Notes under the pieces: generated by a model
What the model was told of the DNA's origin: nothing
Databases searched by the model: none
What the model saw: only the letters and a program-made list of their open reading frames with translations
NCBI RefSeq assembly: GCF_000341395.1
Contig: NC_020304.1
Coordinates: 780,001 to 812,000, forward strand
DNA length: 32,000 nucleotides
Source: Desulfocapsa sulfexigens DSM 10523
Lineage (GTDB): Bacteria; Desulfobacterota; Desulfobulbia; Desulfobulbales; Desulfocapsaceae
Reading direction: 5' to 3'
Shown here: positions 16,940 to 25,883 of the stretch, piece by piece
How positions within the stretch are numbered: position 1 is the first letter of the stretch
Layout: every line of letters begins with the position of its first letter
Program-made: the position numbers and the translations under genes

Positions 16940-17464
16940 GTGAGTAATAATACTATATTTGGCTTCTTTTCAGGACTGGTTCTCTCTCTTATTTTCTTTT
17001 CCAGTCCTCTTCTTGCAGCAAGTGCACCCATCACCATCGAGGCGGATCACATGACCTCTCTGGAGAATGAGAATAATGTCCTCTTCAGCGGAAATGTAGA
17101 TGCAGCGCAGGCCGATGTCCGCATTCGCTCGGATGAGATGACAGTATATTACTCCGCTGCCGAAAAAGAAAAAAAACAAGAAGTCAAACGTCTCCAGTGT
17201 GTTGGCAATGTGGAGATCACTAAAGGAGCATGGCTTGGCACCGGTGAAACAATGAACTACCTGGCAAAGGAGCGCAAGGTAATCCTGAGTGGCAACGCCA
17301 AGGCATGGCAGGGTACCAACCTGGTGACTGGAAACACTATTATTTACTATCTCGATGAAGGGAGATCCGAGGTTGTCGGCAGTCGCCCCTCGGCCACAGT
17401 TGGCAGTGACTCCGGTGAAGCAAACAAACCTGGCCGGGTAAAAGCAACCCTTACTCCCCAATAA
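16940..17464 (+). CDS. lptA: LPS transport periplasmic protein LptA (OstA-like)
   Basis: OstA-fold repeats (ITIEADHM...NNVLFSGNV...IRSDEMTVYY...NVEITKG...VILSGNAKAWQG.N.VTGNTIIYY), directly upstream of lptB. I prefer the GTG start at 16940 (AGGAGA 7 nt upstream) over TTG 16901. Confidence 0.8.
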   Translation: MSNNTIFGFFSGLVLSLIFFSSPLLAASAPITIEADHMTSLENENNVLFSGNVDAAQADVRIRSDEMTVYYSAAEKEKKQEVKRLQCVGNVEITKGAWLGTGETMNYLAKERKVILSGNAKAWQGTNLVTGNTIIYYLDEGRSEVVGSRPSATVGSDSGEANKPGRVKATLTPQ

Positions 17465-17469
17465 CTATT

Positions 17470-18192
17470 ATGGCACTGCTGGAAGTTGATAAAATAATCA
17501 AACGTTACCGTGCTCGCACCGTGGTTGACGGAGTAAGTCTCCAGGTGAACACTGGTGTTATCGTCGGTCTTTTAGGCCCGAACGGTGCTGGCAAGACCAC
17601 TTCATTCTATTCAATTGCCGGATTTATCCGTCCCGATGAGGGGCATGTTCTGCTCAATGGTGAAGATATCACCAAGTTCCCCATTCATTTGCGAGCTCAA
17701 AAGGGCATCTCCTACCTTGCTCAGGAACCCTCGGTTTTTAAAAAACTGACAGTTGAAGAGAACGTCCGCATCATCCTCGAGCCTCTTGGACTGTCAAAAA
17801 ACGAGATAAACAACCGCATCGATGAACTTATGGCAGACCTTAAAATCGAATACCTCCGGGAAAACAAAGGGCACGCCCTGTCCGGAGGTGAGCGACGCCG
17901 GGTTGAGATCATGAGAGCTCTTGCCACACGCCCGAGTTTCATCCTTCTTGACGAACCCTTTGCTGGCATTGACCCTCTTGCCGTGGCAGACATCCAAAAG
18001 CTTATCATTGCATTGAAGGACAAGGGATTAGGGGTTCTGATCTCAGACCACAACGTTCGGGAAACCCTTCAGGTTTGTGATTTTGCCTACATCATGAACG
18101 CAGGACAGATTTTGACCAGTGGCGTTGCAGATGATATCATTGAAAGTGAAGTAGCCCGTAAAATGTATCTTGGCGAAAATTTCAGCATGTGA
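17470..18192 (+). CDS. lptB: LPS export ABC transporter ATP-binding protein
   Basis: Walker A GPNGAGKTT, signature LSGGERRR, Walker B ILLDEP, 240 aa. Conserved lptA-lptB-rpoN order. Confidence 0.95.
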   Translation: MALLEVDKIIKRYRARTVVDGVSLQVNTGVIVGLLGPNGAGKTTSFYSIAGFIRPDEGHVLLNGEDITKFPIHLRAQKGISYLAQEPSVFKKLTVEENVRIILEPLGLSKNEINNRIDELMADLKIEYLRENKGHALSGGERRRVEIMRALATRPSFILLDEPFAGIDPLAVADIQKLIIALKDKGLGVLISDHNVRETLQVCDFAYIMNAGQILTSGVADDIIESEVARKMYLGENFSM

Positions 18193-18206
18193 TGTAAACA
18201 ACACCA

Positions 18207-19664
18207 ATGGCCCTCGAACTCAGACAACAGCTCAAGCTATCACAAAAACTGGTAATGACGCCTCAGTTGCGTCTGGCCATTAAACTGCTACAGATGAACC
18301 GGCTGGAGCTTGGCGATGCACTACAGGCCGAGATTGAGCAGAATCCGGGCCTCGAAGAGGATGTCAGCATTCAGGAGCATCGCGAAAACCCGCAAAGCCT
18401 CTCCACAACAACCGAACAGAAAGGAACGGAGAAGGAGCAGGATTATACCGATCAGGTCAGAGCAGAAGACACTATCCCCGAGACAAATTGGGAAGACTAC
18501 GCCAACACCTTTGACAGCAATGTTTCCTTTTCCCACGAGACACCTGCGGCGGATGCTCCCAGCCAGTTTGATTTCATCTCAGAAAAACCGGGCCTCCTCG
18601 CCTATCTGCAGTGGCAGCTCGCCCACGCCGAACTCGAACCTGAAGAATGGGATACTGCTCTTTTTATTGCCGGTAACCTTAACCGTTACGGATTTCTCGA
18701 ATGTAGTCTTGAAGAGGTCATGGAAGCCACCAAATGTGACCGCGATTCTGCAGAATATATTCTTGAGGTTATTCAGGATCTCGATCCTCCAGGCATTGCC
18801 GCCCGTGACGTCTCCGAGTCACTCTTTCTTCAGTTGGAACGCATGGGAATGAAAGACTCCCTTGCCGCAGAAATCGTTAAAGATCATCTTAACCATCTGC
18901 AGACCCGCAATTACAAGGCCATCAGCCAGGCAACGGGCCGCAAACGTAATGAAGTAATCAAGGCTATTGAGTTCATCACCTCCGAGCTCACCCCGTATCC
19001 GGGTCTTCCCTACAGCACCGAAACAACGAACTATGTTGTCCCGGATGTCTATGTTCGAAAAATCGATGGCGAATTTGTTATCCATCTCAACGAAGAGGAT
19101 ATTCCCAACCTGAAACTCTCCTCCCAATTGCAGGAACTGCTGCAGGCCGATGAGGGCACCATCGAAAAGTCATCAAAGGCCTATATCAGGGAGAAGCTTA
19201 AAGATGCCGGATGGTTCATCAAGTCTTTGCATCAGCGCCAGCGTACCATATTCAAGGTAATGGAAAGTATCCTCAAATTCCAGCGCGAGTTTTTCGAACA
19301 TGGAGCAACCCGCCTCAAACCACTCATCCTGCGTGACGTTGCCGAAGATATAGAAATGCACGAGTCCACTATCAGCCGGGTAACATCAAACAAGTATGTG
19401 CACACTCCTCTCGGGATATATGAACTGAAATATTTCTTTTCCACAGCCATTCCACGAGCCGGGGAGGAGTCACTTGCCGCAGAATCAATCCGGGAGCGTA
19501 TCCGGAAAATGATTCAGGACGAAGATCCTCACAAACCCCTCAGTGATAACAGTATTTCTGAAAAACTTGCCGAAAGAAATATCGAAATCGCCCGCCGTAC
19601 CGTTGCAAAATACCGGGAACAGCTGAAGATCCTTCCAGTAAAACATCGTCGCAAACCCAAATAA
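18207..19664 (+). CDS. rpoN: RNA polymerase sigma-54 factor
   Basis: N-terminal LKLSQKLVMTPQL..AIKLLQ region I and the C-terminal RpoN box ARRTVAKYR. Confidence 0.95.
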   Translation: MALELRQQLKLSQKLVMTPQLRLAIKLLQMNRLELGDALQAEIEQNPGLEEDVSIQEHRENPQSLSTTTEQKGTEKEQDYTDQVRAEDTIPETNWEDYANTFDSNVSFSHETPAADAPSQFDFISEKPGLLAYLQWQLAHAELEPEEWDTALFIAGNLNRYGFLECSLEEVMEATKCDRDSAEYILEVIQDLDPPGIAARDVSESLFLQLERMGMKDSLAAEIVKDHLNHLQTRNYKAISQATGRKRNEVIKAIEFITSELTPYPGLPYSTETTNYVVPDVYVRKIDGEFVIHLNEEDIPNLKLSSQLQELLQADEGTIEKSSKAYIREKLKDAGWFIKSLHQRQRTIFKVMESILKFQREFFEHGATRLKPLILRDVAEDIEMHESTISRVTSNKYVHTPLGIYELKYFFSTAIPRAGEESLAAESIRERIRKMIQDEDPHKPLSDNSISEKLAERNIEIARRTVAKYREQLKILPVKHRRKPK

Positions 19665-19718
19665 CCAGCCGTGTAAAACCACTCTCAAAAACTCAATGTA
19701 TTATTGCCACACCGTCGA

Positions 19719-20654
19719 ATGAGCCGCCTCGAACGTATCTACTTTTTTCACCAGCAACTCAAAGCCGACCGCTTTCCCAATGCCCAGAGCCTGATGAAAG
19801 AGTTTGAACTTTCCCGCGCCACCGCTCATCGCGATATCAGCTATATGCGTGACAGACTGCTCGCCCCCCTGGCATTCAACTCCAGTCGCAAGGGCTTTTG
19901 CTACACTGAAAACGACTTTTCCCTCCCCTTTGAAGAAAGCCCAAAGATTCTCTTCCTCATGGGCTTGCTCAATAAAATGGCAGATGAAGCAGGACTTGGC
20001 AGCCTTCCAGAGATGAAAAAACTAGAGAAACGCCTGAGTCAGTTGATTGCTCCAGGCTATGAACGGGTAATGGACAACGTCCTCTGTCAATGGGTAGAGG
20101 TTGAGACACTGGCACCAGCCATTTTTGAAACAATCGTTGAAGCGGTGCTGAAAGACCGTCTCCTTGAGGTTGAGTATTGCTCGGTTGAAGGTGCAAAAAG
20201 CAGTCGTACAATTGACCCCCAGCGCCTGATCAACTACCAGGGACGCTGGTACCTTCTTGCGTATTGCTACCTGAGAAAGGGGCATCGTCTTTTTCATATG
20301 GCAAGAATCGAAAAAGCGGAAACGGGAACAAAACGAAATGACACGCAACACCTCGTCCCAGAGTCCTTTCTCGATGATGCCTTTGGCATTTTCGCAGGAG
20401 AATTTCGCTATCATGCAAAAATCGCCTTCACCTCCACCGCTGCAGAACTGGTACGCAGGCAATTCTGGCACGAAAATCAGCTGATCGAAGAGACAGAAAA
20501 CGGCATTGTTCTTACCCTGCCGGTTAATGATGACAGGGAAATCATTATGAAGATCCTTCAGTATGGTTCAAGGGCAAACGTTATCGCGCCAGATTCACTG
20601 CGGAAAAGGGTAATGGAAGAGATTAGAAAGATGTCAAACTCGTATCACCGATAA
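19719..20654 (+). CDS. HTH + WYL domain transcriptional regulator
   Basis: N-terminal HTH (AQSLMKEFELSRATAHRDISYMRD) and a WYL core (IDPQRLINYQGRWYLLAYCYLRKGHRLFHMARI). ATG 19719 is preferred over the TTG at 19704 used by the track. Confidence 0.8.
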   Translation: MSRLERIYFFHQQLKADRFPNAQSLMKEFELSRATAHRDISYMRDRLLAPLAFNSSRKGFCYTENDFSLPFEESPKILFLMGLLNKMADEAGLGSLPEMKKLEKRLSQLIAPGYERVMDNVLCQWVEVETLAPAIFETIVEAVLKDRLLEVEYCSVEGAKSSRTIDPQRLINYQGRWYLLAYCYLRKGHRLFHMARIEKAETGTKRNDTQHLVPESFLDDAFGIFAGEFRYHAKIAFTSTAAELVRRQFWHENQLIEETENGIVLTLPVNDDREIIMKILQYGSRANVIAPDSLRKRVMEEIRKMSNSYHR

Positions 20655-20661
20655 TTCCTTT

Positions 20662-22461
20662 CTATAACCTGTTCTCAGACTCCCCCATGGAGTAACTCCC
20701 CTTCCTGATATTTCCGAATGTCAGTTCCGGTAGACTGTAAAAAATTCCCCGCAACGCCTGATTCAGGTTTTCTCTTCCATCAAGAGGAAGCATTGCCAGA
20801 CCGGCCACTCCGTGTGCAATACCATAGGCCACATTTACAAGACCCAGAAGCGGACGCAACAGCAGAGAGTCATCTGTAAAAAACAGAAAAGGAGTATCTT
20901 TGCTGCGAGGCTGGTACAGAGTAGAGCTTACTGTGTTTGATTCCCTGAGCCAGACGACAAGGTCGTTCTCCTCGGCATACAAAGTCTCCAGATTCCGCAG
21001 ACGTCTGGCCTGAAGGAACTGTTCATCCTGCAGAGAAAAGGCCTTAACCGATTGTTCATAGAAGAGAAAGGGTATAAAGGCAAATCCGCTGTCCGGTTCC
21101 ATCCAGCCGCCAAGAACATTTTTTCCTGATTCAGAATCTGTAAAGGTTGAATTGAGGGAACGTATCAGTTCGGTGGCACAATTCCGGGTAAAGAGATTGT
21201 AGCCATAAAGTTTCTCACTTTTTTTCTGTTTTTCTGCAATCTCCTCTTCGAGTATTTGGATATTTTCCTTAACACCATCAGGGTCCGGATGCAGTGTATC
21301 AACTGTTACATTGCCAGACCGTGTCGGCAGGGTCACTTTCGTCAGGAGCCGCACCCTTCGCTGCCCACCATTTACCTGCTCCAACTCCCAGGCCCTTGCC
21401 CGGCCAGTCTCCATAAGTGTATAGGCAATCTCGAGGTGACGTCCTTCTTTAAAAAACAACTCACGGCGTTTTTCAGACTGCTCCAGCAACCCCTCCTGCA
21501 GAATCCGTAACCGGCCACCCTCGATGTCCTCATCACTGAGTTTCACCTCCCGCACATCTGCAAAAAATGGATCAAGGGTCAACATCTGCCCTTTCTCCAG
21601 TGAACTTTGAACCGCCAGGAATCTGGCAGTCTGAAGAAGAATAGCCGTTCCCCTGTCGGGACGTCTGGACCGAAGTAATTCAACAAGTGATTCGGCAAGG
21701 TGGTCTCCAAATGCTTTCAAGATTTCTCTCTCAGAGACATTCAACGACACCTCCTTATCCATCGCTGGAATAAGGGCATCATCGGTCAGTGCCCGATTAT
21801 CCAAAAGCACTCGTAGAGCTTCCCGAAGGGCAAGAATCTCCTGAAATCCATTTCCCGGTCTTCTGCCCTGATTCATTGCAGCAACAGCTTTATACAGCTC
21901 TCCTTCCACCTCTTTCAAAGTGAATTCAAGGAAATCTGCGCCCAATGTTTTCTCTATATATCTCGGAAGATCCGACGGAGAAACAGCCCTCCAGGTATTC
22001 GTGAAAAAGCCGAGACAGTCCACCGCAACATCAGTCTTTCCGGCAAGCAGGCTCTCAACAAATCGTTTTTCCTGACGGAGTTGTTCAAGAGCATTAAAAA
22101 ACTGCTCCTGAGCAGCAAGCAATTCCGCAAAATGATTGCGTATCTGTATAGCTGCTGAGAGATCCAGTGGGAGCGCAGCAATGGCAATACTGCGATTATG
22201 GAGGTCATTGTATAAAAAGCGAAAGGAATCCCAGGGTTCACGAACAAGAAGAAAAGTTGAATCGGGAAAGAACTGATAATGAAAAACTGCATCACCAAGG
22301 CGTAAGGCCGTATGGCCACCGGCTGCCTCACCGGCATTGGCATTGATATAGAGGAAATCAATGGAAACCTTATCGGGCTGTTTCGTGACTTCAGCAGCAG
22401 CAAGCTGAGAGGGAAGCCACAGGAAAAAGAGCAGTACTGGCAAACAAAGTAACCGTGGCAT
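20662..22461 (-). CDS. secreted protein with split DUF4105 (Lnb N-terminal-like) motifs
   Basis: Signal peptide MPRLLCLPVLLFFLWLPSQLAAA. GGHTALRLGDAVFHYQFF near the N-terminus and YGYNLFTRNCATELIRSL near residue 450 resemble, from memory, the FGHTAIRV...VFNYG and Y.FF.DNCATR motifs of DUF4105. These are separated here by about 330 largely helical-looking residues. There is a hydrophobic C-terminal segment. Confidence 0.6.
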   Translation of the reverse strand: MPRLLCLPVLLFFLWLPSQLAAAEVTKQPDKVSIDFLYINANAGEAAGGHTALRLGDAVFHYQFFPDSTFLLVREPWDSFRFLYNDLHNRSIAIAALPLDLSAAIQIRNHFAELLAAQEQFFNALEQLRQEKRFVESLLAGKTDVAVDCLGFFTNTWRAVSPSDLPRYIEKTLGADFLEFTLKEVEGELYKAVAAMNQGRRPGNGFQEILALREALRVLLDNRALTDDALIPAMDKEVSLNVSEREILKAFGDHLAESLVELLRSRRPDRGTAILLQTARFLAVQSSLEKGQMLTLDPFFADVREVKLSDEDIEGGRLRILQEGLLEQSEKRRELFFKEGRHLEIAYTLMETGRARAWELEQVNGGQRRVRLLTKVTLPTRSGNVTVDTLHPDPDGVKENIQILEEEIAEKQKKSEKLYGYNLFTRNCATELIRSLNSTFTDSESGKNVLGGWMEPDSGFAFIPFLFYEQSVKAFSLQDEQFLQARRLRNLETLYAEENDLVVWLRESNTVSSTLYQPRSKDTPFLFFTDDSLLLRPLLGLVNVAYGIAHGVAGLAMLPLDGRENLNQALRGIFYSLPELTFGNIRKGSYSMGESENRL

Positions 22462-22478
22462 AGCAGATCACTGCAATC

Positions 22479-22946
22479 TTACATCTTATAACCCTTTATA
22501 ACGCTTGAATAGTTTGAGCTCTTGGCGATGGAACGGAAAAACGGTAAATTAGTGATGGAATCCTCACTCACCCCTGCACGTCTCAAACCCTTTCCCATAG
22601 CAAGAAAGGTACTTTCTTCCTGTTCCCAGTCACTGATTCCATGGTTCTTGGCAATAGCTGTAACCTGGCGTTGATAGTCATCGGTGGTCTTCTCCCGACT
22701 GACATAGAGGACGGTGACAGCAGCGACATCTTCTTCGTAGACAGTACCCGTTGCATTTATTTTTGCCTCTTCCTCGCTACCACCGGAAGATGACGTTGAG
22801 ATAGACGTTATGGAAGTTATGGAATCAAGACTCGCTGAGACAGAATCCGATGACTTCTCAAGAGAATAGGAAATAGAGCAACCTGTCTGTATCAGGGATG
22901 TGACACACAATAAAGTAATATATATAAACTGTTTTCTAGAAAACAT
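22479..22946 (-). CDS. hypothetical lipoprotein with Ser/Thr-rich linker
   Basis: MFSRKQFIYITLLCVTSLIQTG-C-S lipobox. GGAGAG RBS upstream of ATG 22946 (the track start at 22961 lacks an RBS). Sits 17 nt upstream of the DUF4105-like gene. Confidence 0.7.
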   Translation of the reverse strand: MFSRKQFIYITLLCVTSLIQTGCSISYSLEKSSDSVSASLDSITSITSISTSSSGGSEEEAKINATGTVYEEDVAAVTVLYVSREKTTDDYQRQVTAIAKNHGISDWEQEESTFLAMGKGLRRAGVSEDSITNLPFFRSIAKSSNYSSVIKGYKM

Positions 22947-23277
22947 ATTGTTTCTCTCCATCTAAAATTTAGTATTCTCTTTTAACATAGAGCACATCAG
23001 CTTTCCATTACTCTTTTATTTAGATATTTTATTTTTTTTTAACAAAAATCAACCGAAACCAAGAGTTCACGATCCAGAAAAACGATTTCATCAAAGATAT
23101 CAGATTGAAGCCATTTAGGATGAAGGCTGCATGCAAAGAGAAAAAAGTACTGTTTATCAGCACGTTACAGAATATCAGAAACTTGAGCAATAGTATCCAT
23201 GGTTCCAATTCTTACTGGTATCATTTGATACTGTCATTATTTGTCGATATTCGATATTATTGATGATAGGTCAATAT

Positions 23278-23286
23278 AAAATATAT
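23278..23286. repeat. target-site duplication AAAATATAT (left copy)
   Basis: Identical 9-mer immediately outside each IS end. Confidence 0.85.
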
Positions 23287-23304
23287 CAGTGCTGTCTCAT
23301 AGTT
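23287..23304. repeat. IS left terminal inverted repeat CAGTGCTGTCTCATAGTT
   Basis: Exact reverse complement of 24520-24537. Confidence 0.9.
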
Positions 23305-23387
23305 GAACAATAAAAAGAGGCTCGGAGAGCTCTTTGTGTTATAATGATTTCTACCAAAAAGCCATTTAATACAAGGAGATCCGAGCC

Positions 23388-24527
23388 ATGGCGCATTATA
23401 ACACAATCCTTAGTCAAATTACTTCACTTATTAACAGACATGTTTTTGATGATCATGCCAAACTTCATCATTCGGGCCAGAAATTCAGATCCTATGACCG
23501 CTGGAGCCAGTTTATGGCAATGCTGATAGGACAACTTTCCAGTAGAAAAAGCCTTCGTGATATTACTGATAATTTGAAGGCGCAAAAAAATCGTTTATAT
23601 CACCTCGGCATGAAACCAACTTCAAGGGCGACACTGGCAAGAGTAAATGAAAAACAGCCAGCATCCCTTTACGAAACTGTGTTTTCTGATCTGTTGAAAA
23701 AGTGTCAAACGGTGACACCCGGTCACAAGTTTTCTTTTAAAAACAAGCTGTACCTACTTGATACAACAACTATTGATCTTTGCTTGTCAGTATTTCCATG
23801 GGCTGAATTCCGTAAAAGAAAAGGCGCTGTCAAACTGCACATGGGTATAGATGCTGATGGTTACCTTCCTACTTTTATGGACATGACCGATGGTAAAGTC
23901 CATGAAATCAACTGGGCAAAAGAAACACTCAAGCTCCCCAAAGGGTCATTTGCTGTCTTTGATAGAGGTTTTACAGATTATGGCTGGTATTCCTCCCTCA
24001 TGAAAGACGGAATTTTCTTTGTGACCCGTTTGAAAAGCAATGCTGATGCTGAATATCTTTTCAAACGGGCTGGTCGCAAAAGTCCTGGCGTAACCAATGA
24101 CCAGCAAATAAAACTCAAAAATATTAAAGATCCACTTCGTCTTGTTGCCTACACAGACCTGGAAACTGGCCAGGAATACCGTTTTGTTACTAATGCTCAC
24201 CATCTAAAAGCTGCAGAGATAGCGGCGATCTATAAAGAGCGGTGGCAGATCGAACAATTTTTCAAATGGATCAAGCAAAACCTCAAAATCAAGACATTTC
24301 TGGGTACATCAAAAAACGCAGTCCTCACCCAAGTCTGGATAGCTTTGTGTGTTTATCTGCTGATTGCATATCTTAATTTTAAAGCTAAATTGGGTGCCTC
24401 CATGCAGCAAATACTCAGAGTTTTACAACTGAACCTGTTTCAACGGCGTGCCTTGGCAGATCTTTTTAGGCCGCCAGACAAACAACAACCTGTTTCTCCA
24501 CAGCTTTTACTGTGGGGAAAACTATGA
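23388..24527 (+). CDS. IS4-family DDE transposase
   Basis: 379 aa. Candidate DDE residues lie in LYLLDTTTIDL, FAVFDRGFTDY and YKERWQIEQFFKWIK. The last of these is an exact Y-2-R-3-E-6-K IS4 signature. The stop codon lies inside the right inverted repeat. Confidence 0.9.
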   Translation: MAHYNTILSQITSLINRHVFDDHAKLHHSGQKFRSYDRWSQFMAMLIGQLSSRKSLRDITDNLKAQKNRLYHLGMKPTSRATLARVNEKQPASLYETVFSDLLKKCQTVTPGHKFSFKNKLYLLDTTTIDLCLSVFPWAEFRKRKGAVKLHMGIDADGYLPTFMDMTDGKVHEINWAKETLKLPKGSFAVFDRGFTDYGWYSSLMKDGIFFVTRLKSNADAEYLFKRAGRKSPGVTNDQQIKLKNIKDPLRLVAYTDLETGQEYRFVTNAHHLKAAEIAAIYKERWQIEQFFKWIKQNLKIKTFLGTSKNAVLTQVWIALCVYLLIAYLNFKAKLGASMQQILRVLQLNLFQRRALADLFRPPDKQQPVSPQLLLWGKL

Positions 24528-24537
24528 GACAGCACTG
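24520..24537. repeat. IS right terminal inverted repeat AACTATGAGACAGCACTG
   Basis: Exact reverse complement of 23287-23304. Confidence 0.9.
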
Positions 24538-24546
24538 AAAATATAT
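24538..24546. repeat. target-site duplication AAAATATAT (right copy)
   Basis: Identical 9-mer immediately outside each IS end. Confidence 0.85.
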
Positions 24547-24764
24547 AAATTTATAGCTTACTATCTACTTACTGGTAGATAAACACTGGTTAAAGAAAAC
24601 GCGGAGAGCGACTTGCTTTCAAGTGGAAATTTCCCCAGTATTTCCGTTGTCGACACAACAACAACGTTGGAGAATACTTACCCTCCGTCTCAAAGCACTG
24701 TGGTATATTTAAATATTCCGTACATATCACCGTGATTGAATAATCCTCCTGAAAGGTACTATGC

Positions 24765-25868
24765 ATGAAAAATTTGCTATTTATTGGATTGTTTATTGTC
24801 CTTTTTACCTCAAATGCCTGTGCTGAGCCGATTCGTATCGGAGTTATTTTTGCGAAAACCGGACGAGCTTCTGATGTGGGGGAAGATTTCTTCAAAGCTA
24901 TCCGACTTCTAACGGATGATATAAACAAAACAGGCGGCATCCTGAACAGACCAGTTGAATTAATCGAATTTGACAACCAAAGCACCCCACTCGGCTCAAA
25001 GCAGGCCGCTTTAGATGCAGTGAAAACCGATGTGGTAAGTGTAATTGGGGCGGCCTGGAGTGCCAATACCACCGCCCTTGCCGAGGTTTTTCAAAAAGAA
25101 GGAATCCCGCTCGTATCCCCCCTGGCTACAAAACCCGAGGTTACCGAAGTTGGTAATTTTATTTTCCGCGTCTGTTTCACAGATCCCTTCCAGGGAAAAG
25201 TCATGGCTAAATTTGTCCGTGAAGATTTACAAGCAGTTACGGCCGCAATATTTGTCAATGCAAGCAGTTCCTACAGCAGAGGCCTGTCGCAGGAGTTCAG
25301 TCAATCATTTGAAAATCTTGGCGGTACAGTACTTGCCACCTATGACTACATCCGCCCCGACACGGACTTTGAAAAAGAAATTGAAGATCTGCATCGTTTA
25401 AAACCTGATGTGGTCTACCTGTCCGGTTACAGTCGGGATTCTGCCCTGATTATCCGACAATCGATAAAAATGGGAAACAATTTTGTTTTCGCTGGTGGAG
25501 ACGGCTGGAATGAAGCAATGTACACCTTTGCTGGCCCTGAAATCGACGGCAATTATTTCACTAATCACTGGCATCCGGACAATCCCAATCCCATTAGCGC
25601 CAGGCTCATAGCAAAGTACGGTAAAACCGAATTTAAAGGCTCTCGCCTGGTACTGGCGAACGACGCCTTAATGGTACTTATGGACAGCATTACACGGGCA
25701 GGGAGCAGCGACAGAAAGGCGATCCAAATTGCCCTTGCCAACACCGTTGATTTTCAAGGAGCCACGGGAAATATCACCTTCGATGCAACCGGTGATCCTG
25801 TGAAGGCCGCGGTGATTCTCCGTCTTGAAAAGGGTTCCTCCTCATTTGTCAAAGCAGTACAACCATAA
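24765..25868 (+). CDS. periplasmic substrate-binding protein, LivK/branched-chain-amino-acid (type I PBP) family
   Basis: Signal peptide ...FTSNACA/EP, then IRIGVIFAKTGRASDVGEDFFKAIRLLTDDINKTGGILNRPVELIEFDNQSTP, which is typical of Peripla_BP_6 proteins. Confidence 0.85.
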   Translation: MKNLLFIGLFIVLFTSNACAEPIRIGVIFAKTGRASDVGEDFFKAIRLLTDDINKTGGILNRPVELIEFDNQSTPLGSKQAALDAVKTDVVSVIGAAWSANTTALAEVFQKEGIPLVSPLATKPEVTEVGNFIFRVCFTDPFQGKVMAKFVREDLQAVTAAIFVNASSSYSRGLSQEFSQSFENLGGTVLATYDYIRPDTDFEKEIEDLHRLKPDVVYLSGYSRDSALIIRQSIKMGNNFVFAGGDGWNEAMYTFAGPEIDGNYFTNHWHPDNPNPISARLIAKYGKTEFKGSRLVLANDALMVLMDSITRAGSSDRKAIQIALANTVDFQGATGNITFDATGDPVKAAVILRLEKGSSSFVKAVQP

Positions 25869-25883
25869 AAAACGCACCTTAAG

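Larger units (their letters stand above)
23287..24537 (+). mobile_element. intact IS4-family insertion sequence (1251 bp)
   Basis: Perfect 18-bp terminal inverted repeats, a 9-bp direct target duplication and a single DDE transposase ORF filling the element. Confidence 0.9.

Noticed and set aside
19704-19718. TTG start used by the ORF track for the WYL regulator
   Set aside because: An in-frame ATG 15 nt downstream gives a more conventional start. The extension adds only MPHRR.
24602-24617. Sigma-54-like promoter CGG-AGAGCGAC-TTGCT upstream of the binding-protein/kinase operon
   Set aside because: Only the GG and TTGC elements and their spacing match TGGCAC-N5-TTGC, and the rest of the -24 box does not. 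No enhancer-binding protein is encoded nearby. Too weak to call.
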